A stretch of 64,000 bases of DNA from Cyanophora paradoxa CCMP329 (Eukaryota; Plantae; Glaucophyta). The number at the start of each line of letters is the position of its first letter. Within the stretch, counting starts at the first letter, position 1. Below, one piece after another: positions 1 through 11,300 of the stretch. The stretch covers positions 1 to 64,000 of the forward strand of contig QPMI01000272.1 of the NCBI GenBank assembly GCA_004431415.1, in the 5' to 3' direction. Below the pieces are notes generated by a model that had not been told where the DNA came from, made no database searches, and was given only the letters and a program-made list of their open reading frames with translations. Made by a program: the position numbers and the translations under genes.

Positions 1-561
1 CTAAACGCGTGGAAATGGAATTAGGCCAGAACTTAGCGCTTGGAACCTCTCGAGCGGTTGCAGAGGTACGCCTTCGAGCTAGCAGCTATCGTACCCTTGC
101 TGGCTAGCACCTAGCGGTCGCGCACGGCCATGGCGCAGGCCTCAGGCGGAGACGCCGCGCAGTCTGTCGGTGATGGCAGCTTCCTAGACAGCGTTCCGCC
201 ATCCGAGCTAGAGGCGTCGCTCACGAGCGCCGCGGCCGAGCACGTGGATCAGATCTGGACCACCAGAACGACGACAGCTAGCACTAGGAGCGCTCGGCGA
301 CGCAGACGCCATCGCCAGAGCAGGAGCGCGATGCTGAGCTGCTCTACCCCTGCCCCGCTCCAAAGAGCCCAGACTAGCTGGCGCTAGAGATTAGCACTAG
401 ACTTGGCTTTTTTAACGTACACCGCATGGAACTCGAAAACCCGTTGAAAATTAGCGATCGCGGAGGTTCCACGCGGCCTCGTTCGTTCATCGTTCGTCTA
501 CAAGTCGCGAGATTAGAGCCTGCTGTGGTTTACAACCTCAGACGTTAAATACCGGACTCCC

Positions 562-1727
562 GGGGCGCGGACCGCGCGGTCCGGCTGCCTGCTGCAGCTG
601 CCTTTCTGTCTATTTCAAGTCTGCCTCTGCCCCGGATACGTGAAATTTCAAGTTAAGTCTGCCTCTGCCTATTTCTGCCTTGCCTAGGTCGGTCCAGGTT
701 GTCAACCTAGGCAAGGCAAGAAGCTTCGCGAAGTCGGCCGTAAAGCACCGCCAGCGACCTGTGGGCCGTGGCGCATTGCGCACGCGTGCACAGTGCCGTG
801 ATGAAACAAACTTGGTCGGATTTCGGAAAATAAAAAAAGTCAAGCTCGAGAGCCGGAGGGGGTCTCGGAGATTCGAGCTGCCGGGGGTCGGGACACGGCT
901 AGGGTACTGCGGCGCGAATCTGACGGGCGCCACGGACTCGACTCAGGAGAGCGACGAGCGTGCACCGGAAGCACCGGGCGGGTAGCTAGGCGCGTTGGCT
1001 AGCTCCCCGGCACCCGCGCCGCCGACCGACCCGACACCCTGCTATCGGCGCGGTCGCACGCCCCTCGCACGACTTTTTTTATTTTCCGAAATCCGACCAA
1101 GTTTGTTTCATCACGTGCTGCTCTAGCTTCCCGGCAGCATCTGCACGCGTCTAGATCTGCCAGGCTGGGCGCGCGGCGCAGAGCTCGAGCTTCGATCTAG
1201 AAAGTTCGCAAGCTGGCGATGCATATGTCGCTGCATCGATATCATGATCATGTCGGCTGCCCGCCGGCGCCGTGTGCCCGGCCGAGCTGGGCGACGAGCT
1301 CAACGCGCATCGATATCATGGCATAGGTCGGCTGAAGCATGCTGATCACTTCAGGCTTTGCCGTCGCATTTACGGAGCGAGCGCGCATCAGTTGCGCCGT
1401 AGGCGCGATGCGTGGGCTGCAGGTCGGAAAAAAAGTCTGCCTCGGTCTGCTAGTCTAGGGGGGGCCCCGATCGGCGCGACCTAGGCTGCTAGGCACCCGA
1501 GGCAGAAAAAGGCAAGGCAAGGCAGGTGCCGGTCCGGGCGGCCCGGCGCGGCCGGGCCCCGGGGTTTCAAGTCGAGGCAGATCGAGGCAGGCCGCCGAGG
1601 CCGGTCCAGACTCCAGAGCCGGGAGCCCGCGGCCTATTTTCAAGTTAGATTCTGCAGGCAGACTCGACGGACCAATCAAAATTACGTCTCTGCCTCTGCC
1701 TCGGACGCCGGACCGGGACCGCGCCCC
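562..1727. repeat. Possible degenerate non-autonomous DNA transposon hosting the 797-1115 MITE
   Basis: Imperfect inverted ends ggggcgcgg...cggtccggc (562-585) and gccggaccgggaccgcgcccc (1707-1727); clusters of CTGCCT/AGGCAG and TTCAAGT motifs near both ends; no target-site duplication found. Confidence 0.3.
797..1115. mobile_element. MITE-like element (319 bp) with perfect 45-bp terminal inverted repeats
   Basis: cgtgatgaaacaaacttggtcggatttcggaaaataaaaaaagtc (797-841) is the exact reverse complement of 1071-1115; flanked by TGC on both sides (794-796, 1116-1118), a possible 3-bp TSD; no credible coding content. Confidence 0.8.
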
Positions 1728-1949
1728 CGCCGCGGGCCCCGGCCCCCGGGGGCCGGGGCCGGGTCCACCGGGCGCCGGCCCGCCGCGGGCCGCCGGCCCC
1801 GGGCCCGCCGCCGGCCCGGCACTGGGCCCGTTCACTTTCCGCAAGTTTCCGGGCCAAATTCCGGCCCAAATAAATAATGAGGCAAATTCAATGATTCGAA
1901 TTCCGGGTGCACGTGACTCGGACCGACTCCGCGCCGAGTCCGCGGTGAC

Positions 1950-2438
1950 TAGGGTTGCCGCTTACACTTACGAACGACTTACGTAAGTGACTTATAATTA
2001 ACTTACACTCTACTTACACTTACGGCCCCCGAAAACCGACTTACGGCCGTAAGTCGTAAGTCGCCCCCCAGGATACCCCCTTCGACCAGCGAAAAACGAC
2101 CTAATTCGGACCCAAAACGATCTAGAAACACTGTAAAGGCGTGTTTCTCGCTTGTTCAGCAGTCAGTGCGCCTGGAATTGAGGTACAAGCAGCCCATCAG
2201 GGGGTTACAAGGGTATGGAAGTCATGCTCTTGAGGGTCTTCAAGTGCTTAAACACGGAGCCAAACTTGTTTAATGTTCGGGCTTAGATCATAACCAATCT
2301 GAACGACAGATTCCGAGCGTTTTCGCCTCGCTTCTACCCCACTTACAGCCGACTTACGGATCGACTTACACTTACACTCCACTTACACTCCCACTTACGG
2401 CGGCTCCAGGCTGACTTACGCCGTAAGTGGCAACCCTA
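1950..2438. mobile_element. Non-autonomous hAT-like DNA transposon (489 bp)
   Basis: TIRs TAGGGTTGCCGCTTAC / GTAAGTGGCAACCCTA (one mismatch); perfect 8-bp TSD GCGGTGAC (1942-1949 and 2439-2446); many subterminal (A)CTTAC / GTAAG motifs. 8-bp TSD and TAGGG ends are typical of hAT elements. Confidence 0.88.
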
Positions 2439-3252
2439 GCGGTGACTCCAGGGTAGTAGTGAGGGTACCCCCGGGCCCTCAGGGCCCCTCCTCGAGTTCG
2501 GGGCCGGGCGTCTTTTCCCTTAAAGAAGATCAAGATCAAGTTTGGCACGTCCTGGCACTTCAAGGCTTGAGACGCAGATACTGCAGCGTGCGATATATAT
2601 AGCCACGTTCGACGAACCAACACATGCACGCATAATTGTAAGCGGCCGGCGGGCCGGCGCCGGGCATCTCGATCGGACTGCAGCTGACCGTGCAGCTCAT
2701 CGTGCCACGCTCACTGCAGCTGCATGCGCACGAGGACCGGCGCATTCAAAACTTTCATGTCCGTGTGTTCTGGGCACCAGGCACCAGCTAAGGCACCAAG
2801 CTAAGGCTGGACGACTATATAGCTAGCTGAAGAATCCTTTTCACGTATGCGATAGGCGCGGGCGCGGGGGGGGGGAGGGGGGGAGGGGGCGGTGTTGTGT
2901 GCAGTGTGTACGAATGGAACAGCAGCTTAAAAAAAATTTTTTGAACCTGAAACTAAGCCATCAAGTCAAGACTCACGATCGATGATGTGTGCACGTCATC
3001 AATAGATCTAAGGCCCTTTGAAGGCTCCCCTACCTACGTATACAGTGCGAGCACTGGGGCGGAGCGGCCAAACTCAGAACCCCGGCCCGCAGCGATTTTG
3101 ACTCTAGAAGCGGCCCGAGAACTGAAAAGCGGAGCGGTCAGCCAGGTAACGGCGACAGCAGGGCTGATGCAAATTCACCTGGGTGTAGTTCATCGATTTG
3201 CTTGCCATAGAGCCTGCTGTTTGGTTAGCACCAGGAGATATGCATCAAGCGT

Positions 3253-6014
3253 TCAATTCAGGAAGACTGGCACACACCCCGGAGCGAGACTGAGTCGCGG
3301 AGGGATTGGGGCGAGGGGGCGGAGACGACCGCGAGATCGGGCCGGTACCCCACCTCCCGCACGGAGCCTGGCAGAAAGCATCAGGGGTACGAGGGTGATG
3401 GAGAGAGGCAGCGGCATGCGGGTACCGGTGACTCCGCGCACGGAGCCCTGCAGGATGGAGGCCGCGGGGCGGGTCTCCAGGGGTACGCCGGCGACCTGGG
3501 TACGCGTTTCAGGCAGGGTACACAGATAGTATGAAGCGGGAGGGGGTACCGTGGGGTTGAAGTCCGGTACGCCGTGGCCCCTGCGGAGAGGGTTCGGGGG
3601 AGGAGGGGAGAGGAGAGGAGGGGACAGGGGTGCGGACGAGTAGTACGAGGGGATGCCCGAGGGGGCGGGCGCGGCCATCGGCTGCGGGGGCGGCGGGGGC
3701 GGGGGGAGGCCCTGGTTGCCCGAGAGGACGACGCCCTGGTTCTGTACCCCCGCGTCAGACACCGCCAGCGCCAAGGCGGAAGGGGGGTACGCGGGCCTGG
3801 GTGAAGGAGGGCCGGCTGCCGAGCTGGCGCCCGCTGTTGCCGTCGCTCCAGCGCCACCGGTCGTGCTTTCGGCCTGGCACGCCCCGGTCGGGCCACGTAC
3901 CCCGTGGCGGAGAAGCTGTACCCCCGCACCGTCGAGGTTCATGTGGCCGGCGTACTCGGCATCGCGGCTCAGCGTCGCGCAGCGGTTGAAGGAGTGGTAC
4001 AGCGTCCAGCTGGGGGGCCGGTGAGGGGGGTACGGAGATTGCGCAGGGGGTACGCACATGAGGAAGGCTGCGCAGCCGACGGCGAACTCGAAGCAGGCGA
4101 TGTACCCCCCGAGGACGGCCATCGAGCCGAACCACCAGCCGCTGAGAGGGTCCAGCGTCAGGAGAGCAGCGGTCGGGTATGAGAAACGAGGAGAGACGCA
4201 CGTGCGCGAGGACGAAGACTGAGAAACGATCTGCGGCGCGGGGGATACGCGAATCAGGAAAGACGATGGTGAACGACGTCTTCCGGGAGGGGGGTACCGT
4301 GGTGGAGAGCGTGATGTAGATCGAGAACTCGCCCTCCGCCTCCGCCTTGCGCGTAGATCCTGCGGGGGTGCGTGATCGAATCGGACGGAGGGGTACGGGA
4401 GGGGCTCCGCCGCGCACCGCGCTCGACGCTCATGGGGTACGCGTAGCGGGGGCCCGAGTCGGTCGTGATGCGCTGAGCCGAGTACGAAACAAAGGAGGGG
4501 GTAGAGGTGGCGACGTAGGTCCACGTCGTGTCACGCTCCTCGGCGCCGGGGTACCGCAGGCCGAGCTGGGGCTACATGTGAGCAGACGGAGGGGGGCCGG
4601 CGGGGGTACAGCGATCGCGCACCATGACCATGCGCCACTCGTCCTGCGGTGGAGGGCACGTGTCAGTGGGCGTCGCGCGGGAACGGGCGGCGGCCGGCGG
4701 ATCGCACGATGGGCGCGAAGCCACTGCGGAGGATAACGAGGCGCCGTCAGGGGGTACAGATCTAGACTGACTGGAGTCGGCGGGGGATGGGAGGGCTGCG
4801 CACTGGATGAGCATGGTGGCGAGGGCCTCGGGGGCCTCGTAGCCGGCCGGGGCGGAGAAGGTCGAGCAGGTGCCGACGAGGGCGCCGTCCGGCCCGGAGA
4901 CGCGCCCCTCCGAGGCCGCCAGGCTGCTGCCCCCGGTCGTATGTAGGCCGGGCAACGTCCTAGACCGCTCGTACTTCTCTAGCTTCTTCTAGAGTTTACC
5001 CATAACTCGTCTAACTCTAGATCTAACTTCTAGAGTCCGTGTGTGTGAGATCCGGTTCTCAGAGGGGCGCGTGCGGGGGCCGCGCACTTCCTGGCGGAGC
5101 CGCGGCCGAACATGGCGTCGAGCGCCGAGCCGTACACACGCGCGTCCGCGATGTTGATCGTCTGCGATCGCGCGCCGCCGCCGCCGCGGTGAGCGGCGGT
5201 GGGGCGGCCGCGCGGCGGTGGGGCGGTGGGGCGGCGAGGCCGGGTCTGGATCTGGATCGGGCTTGGCGGGTGATGCGGCTCGGGCGAACCTGGGAGGTCG
5301 ATGTGATGGGGCACACGACGACCTGCGCGCGCGCCGCTGAGCCCGGGGGCCGGGGCGTTGGGGCGGGGGGCGGGGGCGGGCGGGGGGCCGGGCCTGGGGC
5401 AGGGGGAAGGGCCGGACGTCGGCGGAGGTCGTGAGGCCGTCGCGGAACTGGGGTAGAACACCGCCGCGATCGCCACGAAGCTGCGGCGCCGGCGGCGGCG
5501 GTCGGCCGGCGCGCGGCGCACAGCGTGCGGGCGGCGCCGCGCAGCCTGGCGAGCTGGCTGCGGCGGGGCTAGATTCGCGCCCGTCGCGCTTTGAATGGAC
5601 TAATTAGCGCCCTTCGAGGGCCGCTGGTTGCCGCGCGCGCCCGGCAGCATCGGGTCCCGTGCGGGGCGAGCCGCCCGCGACGCCTCGCCCCCGAGAGGGC
5701 GCCGGTCGGTTCCAGGCCCCCTCCCTAGCATAAACCAGCCCAGATAGTTCCGAGCGCGCGCCGTTATCGCCCGCGACGGCCGAGGCGGTTATCGCGGAGC
5801 TCGCGCACGGCAAACCGAACGCACCAGACGAACGCTGCGATGAAGAGCACCGACTGGATCGAGGCCGAAATCGACGAGAGGCCTTCCAGGAGCGTGTGCT
5901 GGCGGCAGGGGCGATCGGACGCAGCGCGGGCCCCAACCAGCCGAGCGGCGGGCGGCGGGGGCAAACCTGCTGGAAGCGAGCCTCCGAAGGCCTCAGCGCG
6001 CAGCACTTGCCCAT
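3253..6014 (-). CDS. Hypothetical multi-exon membrane protein with Pro-rich C-terminus (apparent 1-nt frameshift near 5450)
   Basis: Spliced exons give MGKCCALRPSEARFQQ|HTLLEGLSSISASIQSVLFIAAFVC|FVAIAAVFYP...; later hydrophobic segment GWWFGSMAVLGGYIACFEFAVGCAAFL; GT-AG junctions. 3' end uncertain; no family recognised. Confidence 0.5.
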
Positions 6015-6089
6015 CGCTCCCGGCGCTTCGGATTCAGGTTGACCCAGCTGGATGGGTACTGTACCATAGCGCCACCTGCGGGTACAGCG
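6015..6089. promoter_or_regulatory. Putative minimal bidirectional promoter/5'UTR region
   Basis: Only 75 bp separate the divergent predicted ATGs at 6014 (-) and 6090 (+). Confidence 0.4.
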
Positions 6090-8357
6090 ATGGCAGGCGC
6101 GGACCTGGCTGCGGCCGCCGTGGAGGCGATCAAGGCGCTGTTCCTTGATCCAAGGACGCTGTACAGCACCGACCCCCTGCAGCCGCTGCGCCTGCAGCCG
6201 GCGCTCTTCCCACGGGACCTCGACCCCAGCGAGCTCGTGCGGCTCGCGCCGAGCGATGCAAAGTCGACGGTCGAGATCCAGCGCGACCCGACGACGCGCG
6301 CGCTCTCCGGATTCGCCGAGGTGGGGGCGCTTCGCCTACAGGCCATCGCCGGCCCGGCTGAGCGTGCGCAGGTCGAAATCGCGAACCCGAATGAGACTGC
6401 CGCCAACTCGTCATCGACGCTGCGACGGCCGGACCCGAACACGGCGTACGTGAAGGGTAGCGTGGCAAACTACCCCTTTGCGCCCGGCGGCTTCGACCTG
6501 CCGCCCCCGAGGCCCCGCGAGCGGTGCCCGGTCGCAGAGGACGAGCTCCTCTTTGAATCCGCATGTGCGCCGCCCGCGCCGCCTCCTCCCGCCGGCGCAT
6601 GACGGGTCCTGACCGGAAGGCCCGCGCCCAGCGCTGCTGATGTGCCCGCCGGGCTTCGAGCGCGGCATCGACTTTTCAGCGACCGCCGCACCCGCCGGCG
6701 AGCCCGAGCGCGGTCCGCAGCCCGCCCCAGCCCGCGGCGGCGCGCGTGCCGCCCTCCGCGCCCCGGCGCGCTCACACGCAGGGCCCGCAGGCGCCGGCGG
6801 CCTCGCGAAGAACGCGCTGGCCCACTACCAGCCCGGCGAGATGCAGGAGGCGAGCCGCGCCCGGGCGGCCCGGCCCGCCGCGCGTCTCCGCCGCTCACGC
6901 CGCGCGCGCCGCCCGGCAGGCCCTGACGCACACGCTCGCCTCCATGATGCACGCCCCCCTGCCCGTCCAAAACGTGCGCCTCCGGCGCTGCGGCCGCGGC
7001 GGCCGCGGCACAGCTGACCCGCCCCGCAGCTCTTCAAGGGGGGTGACGACGAGCTGGACCTGCTGGGCGAGGAGGAGGAGGAGGAGGAGGGGGAGGAGGA
7101 GCAGGAGAAGCCGCCGGCGGCCGCAGAGCCGCCCGCGAGGGCCGCCGCCGCCGCCGCCGCGTCCATCGTCGCCGGCTTCGACGCGAAGGTGCGAGGCCCA
7201 GCCCCGGCCCCGGCTCCGCTCTGCTCTTGTTTGACGCGGCGCAGCCGGCGGAGGCGCTCGGGGAGGAGGACGGCGCGGAAGACCTGGATGCCGTCCTGAG
7301 CCCCATCGCCGTGCGCCGCCCCTCCCGCCCGCCCGCCCCGCCCGCCCCTGGCGCGCGGGCGACGCCCCGCGCCGGCAGAGCCTCCTGGCGTCGCGGGGCG
7401 CCGGCAAGGCGGCCGGCGGCGCCGCGAAGAACGCGAAGGGCGAGGAGGTGCCGGCGCCCCCCCGCACGCGGCTCGCTCGGCGCCTCTGAGGGCCGCGCTC
7501 GCCTCGGCGGGCGCAGGTGTGGGCGGTGACGGAGCGCATCGACACGAGCCGCTTCAAGGAGCTCGTCCCCGGTCCGCCCCGCCCCGCCCCGCCCCGCCCC
7601 GCCCCGCCCCGCCTCCTGAGCGGCGGGGGCGGGAAGAGCCGGCGATGCGGCACCCGTTCGAGCTGGACGCCTTCCAGAAGGAGGCCGTCCTCCACATGGA
7701 GCGCGGCGACTCCGTCTTCGGTCCCCGCCCCGCCCCGCCCCGCCCGCTCGCCCCGCCCCGCCGCGTCGCCCGCCGTCGACGCCCCCGCAGCGGCGGCGCA
7801 CACGTCGGCGGGGAAGACGGTCGTCGCCGAGTACGCCATCGCCCTCGCCCAGCGCCACTGCACCCGGTGCGCTTGTGCCGGCGGGAGGCGCCCCCGCCCG
7901 CCCCGGCTCAAGCCTCCGCGCCGGGCAGGGCGATCTACACGTCGCCCATCAAGACCCTCTCCAACCAGAAGTTCCGCGAGTTCAAGGCCCGCGCCCCCTC
8001 CCTTCCTCTTCCTCGCCGTCGCCCGCCTGAGGGCGCCCGCCTGAGGGCGCCCGGCGCGGCCGGCCCGCAGAAAGTGTTCGGCGAGGTCGGCATCCTCACG
8101 GGCGACGTCTCGGTGCGCAGCAGAGGCCCCGCCCCCTCGCCCCCCGCGCTCCGTCCGTGACCCCTGCGCTCAGGTGAACCCGACGGCGTCGTGCCTGATC
8201 ATGACGACGGAAATCCTGCGCTCCATGCTCTACAAGGGCGCCGACCTCATCCGGTGCCCCCGCCCGCCCGCCTGCCCCGCCCGCCCCCGAGAAGCGTCTT
8301 GCTCGAGCTTCTCACGCCGCCCTCGCCAGGGACGTCGAGTGGGTCATCTTCGACGAG

Positions 8358-8395
<38 letters not shown>

Positions 8396-11300
8396 CCGCC
8401 CGCCTCCTCCCCCCGCCCTGCCCCGCCCCACCCGAGCGAGCGCCCTCGCCCGACCGCCGCGCGGCGCAGGTGCACTACGTGAACGACATCGAGCGTGGCG
8501 TCGTCTGGGAGGAGGTGCGCCCGCGCCGCCCTCGCCGCAGCCAGCGTCGTCGACCGGGCGGGCGGGCCTCGCCGGGGCGGGCGGGCAGGTGATCATCATG
8601 CTGCCGCCGCACGTGAACCTCGTCATGCTCTCCGCCACCGTCCCCAACGTCGTCGAGTTCGCCGACTGGATCGGGTCCGCCCCCTTTGCTTCGCCCCGCC
8701 CCGCCCCGCCCCGGCCTCGCTCCCGTGTCGCTCTACGGGGAAACGCTCGGGCGCTGACCGCGGTGCGGGGCAGGCGGACGAAGCGGAAGAAGATCCACGT
8801 GGTGAGCACGCGGGTGCGGCCCGTGCCCCTCGAGCACTTCCTCTCCTACTCCGGCGAGCTCTACAAGGTCCGGGATCCGCAAATTCCACATATCTCCACT
8901 CCTCCTCTTTCCTCTCGTCAAAGCCGACGTCGGAGCAGATCGTGGACTCCAAGGGGACGTACCTCGGCGCCAAGTGCGCGAGAGATCGCCCGCGTCGCCG
9001 CTCGCGCCGCCGCCGACGCCGGGGCGCAGCCATCGGGCGGCGGTGGCGGTGGCGAAGGAGAAGGGCAAGGGGCGGGGGGCGTACGGCGCGCCGGCGGGGG
9101 GCCGGGGCGGGGCGGGGGCCGGGGCGGGGCGGCAGGACAAGACGCAGTGGCGGGGCACGATCGAGATGCTGCGGAAGAAGAGCCTGCTCCCCGTCATCGT
9201 CTTCTCCTTCTCCAAGCGCCGCTGCGAGCAGGCCGCGTGCGCCCGTCCTCGCTCCCTCGTTCAGAGCGCCTCGGAAGGGCGCGGCTGAGGTAAAACGGGG
9301 CGGGGCCAGGGCGGGGCTGGGCGGGCTGGACCTCTCGACGGGGGCGGAGAAGAGCGAGGTGCACGTCTTCGTGGAGAACTCCCTCACCCGCCTCCGCGGT
9401 ACCCCCCGCCCCTCTCGAGGCCAAGCGCCACAGAGGGCTGAAGGGGCGGGGCCAGGGACGGACCGGGAGCTCCCGCAGATCCTCCGCGTCAAGGAGCTCC
9501 TCAAGCGTGCGGGGCTCCCCGGGCCCACCCCCCGGCCCCGCCCCTCACGAGGCAGCCGCACGGCACGGCAGGCGGGATCGGGGTGCACCACGCGGGGCTG
9601 CTGCCGATCGTCAAGGAGGTCGTCGAGATGCTCTTCCAGCGCGGCCTCGTCAAGGCCCGCCCGCTTCCGCCCACGCGCCCCCCACGGCGGCCCCGCCGAG
9701 CCGGCCTCCGGCCCCCCGCCTCCCCCTCTCACCCCGCCCTCGCGACGCAGGTCCTCTTCGCCACCGAGACCTTCGCCATGGGGGCCCGCCCCTCCCCGCC
9801 CCTCCCCGCCCCGCCCCGCCCCGCCCGCTCCGCTTATGTGGAGGCAGGTGAACATGCCGGCGCGGACGGTGGTCTTCAACGGGGTCCGCAAGCACGACGG
9901 CCGCGGCTTCCGCGACCTCCTCCCCGGCGGTCCGCCCCGGCCTCGCCCCCGCCCCACCTCATTCTCGTGCCCTCGCGCCCTCGCCCTTGGCCCCGCCTGA
10001 CGCCGGGGCGGGCAGAGTACGCGCAGATGAGCGGGCGTGCGGGGCGCCGCGGCCTCGACTCGACGGGCGTCGTCGTGCGCGCGTGCCGCCGTCCCTTCCC
10101 CCCCGTCAACCCCGACGGAGGGCCCCTCTGCAGATCATCGCGTGCTGGGACGACTCGGTGCCGGAGGAGCTCTCCACGCAGAAGCTCGTCCTCGGCCAGG
10201 CCACCAAGCTCGAGTCCCAGGTCCCCCGCGCTTCTCCCCCACTCTTCCCGCCCTCGCTCTTCGTCCGACTCCCCGCCCCCCGCATGCAGTTCCGGCTGAC
10301 GTACAACATGATCCTAAACCTACTGCGCGTGGAGGACATGCGCGTCGAGGACATGATCAAGGTCCGCCCCCGCCCGCCCGGGGGGAGATGGAGGAGCCGA
10401 AGCGCGAAGGAAGCTTGGGGCGCCTAATCAACAGCGCTTCTTAGAGCTGCTGGCCCCCCGTCCACCCGTCAAACAACAGCGCGCTCTCTCGCGCTCTGAG
10501 AATAAGGCTGACCGCGGCTCGCCCGCCGGCAGCGCTCCTTCTCGGAGTTCCACCTGCAGCGGGGCTCGGCCGCCCTCTCCGCCGCGCACGCCCGCGGCTC
10601 CGACCGCCTCGCCTCCATCCCCCAGGTCCCAGCCCCCCCCCCTCCCCACGCCGGCCCCCCCCCCCCACCCACCCCCCCCCCCCCCCCCACACCCACCCCC
10701 GGCCCCGGCTCAAACCGGGGGCAGATCGCGTGCGTGGACGCGGCGTGCGCGGGGGAGGCGGAGGCGTACACCGGCGACCTCCTCCGCGCCTCCGCCCTCG
10801 TGCGCCCGCCCGCCCGCTCCCGCCCCGCCTCCTCCCGCCGCGGGCCTGCCAGGGGCCCTCGGCGCTTCCCTGCATTCGGCAGGCGCTCTCCTTCATTTTA
10901 TCACTGATTTCATCGTTCCCCCGGCAGGGGGCGGCGCTGCTGGAGGCGCTGGCCAAGTCGCGCTCGGCGTCGGCCCTCCTCTGCGCTGGCCGCCTCCTCC
11001 TCCTCCACCAGCCCGCCCGCTCCGCCGCCCCCGCCCCCGCCCTCCTCCTCCGCCCCTCCTCCGACGCCGCCGCCAGCGGCGGCTCCGCCTCCGCCTCGTC
11101 CACCCTCTCGCTCCTGTGCATCGTCCTGGCGCCCATGTCGGCCTCCGGCCAGCGGCCCGCCGCCCCGCCCCCGCCCCCCTCCGGGGGCGCCTCCAAGCCC
11201 CTCCCCAAGGGCATCGTGGGCGGCACGGCGTGGGAGGTCGTCGCGGTACCCCTCCGCGACGTCCTCGGCCTCTGCAAGACGAAGCTCAAGGCGAGCGGGG

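Noticed and set aside
130-387. 85-aa ORF at window start
   Set aside because: No recognisable motif, weak codon bias, lies in a repeat-rich region.
1950-2438. Repeated ACTTAC motifs as a CRISPR array or telomeric repeat
   Set aside because: Units are 5-6 bp, irregularly spaced, in both orientations and enclosed by TIRs and a TSD, so they are transposon subterminal repeats.
8360-8391. Long poly-C/poly-G runs (also near 10660, 40610, 46860, 53090, 63550) as functional elements
   Set aside because: Intronic homopolymers whose lengths are unreliable; covered by the general intron-composition finding.
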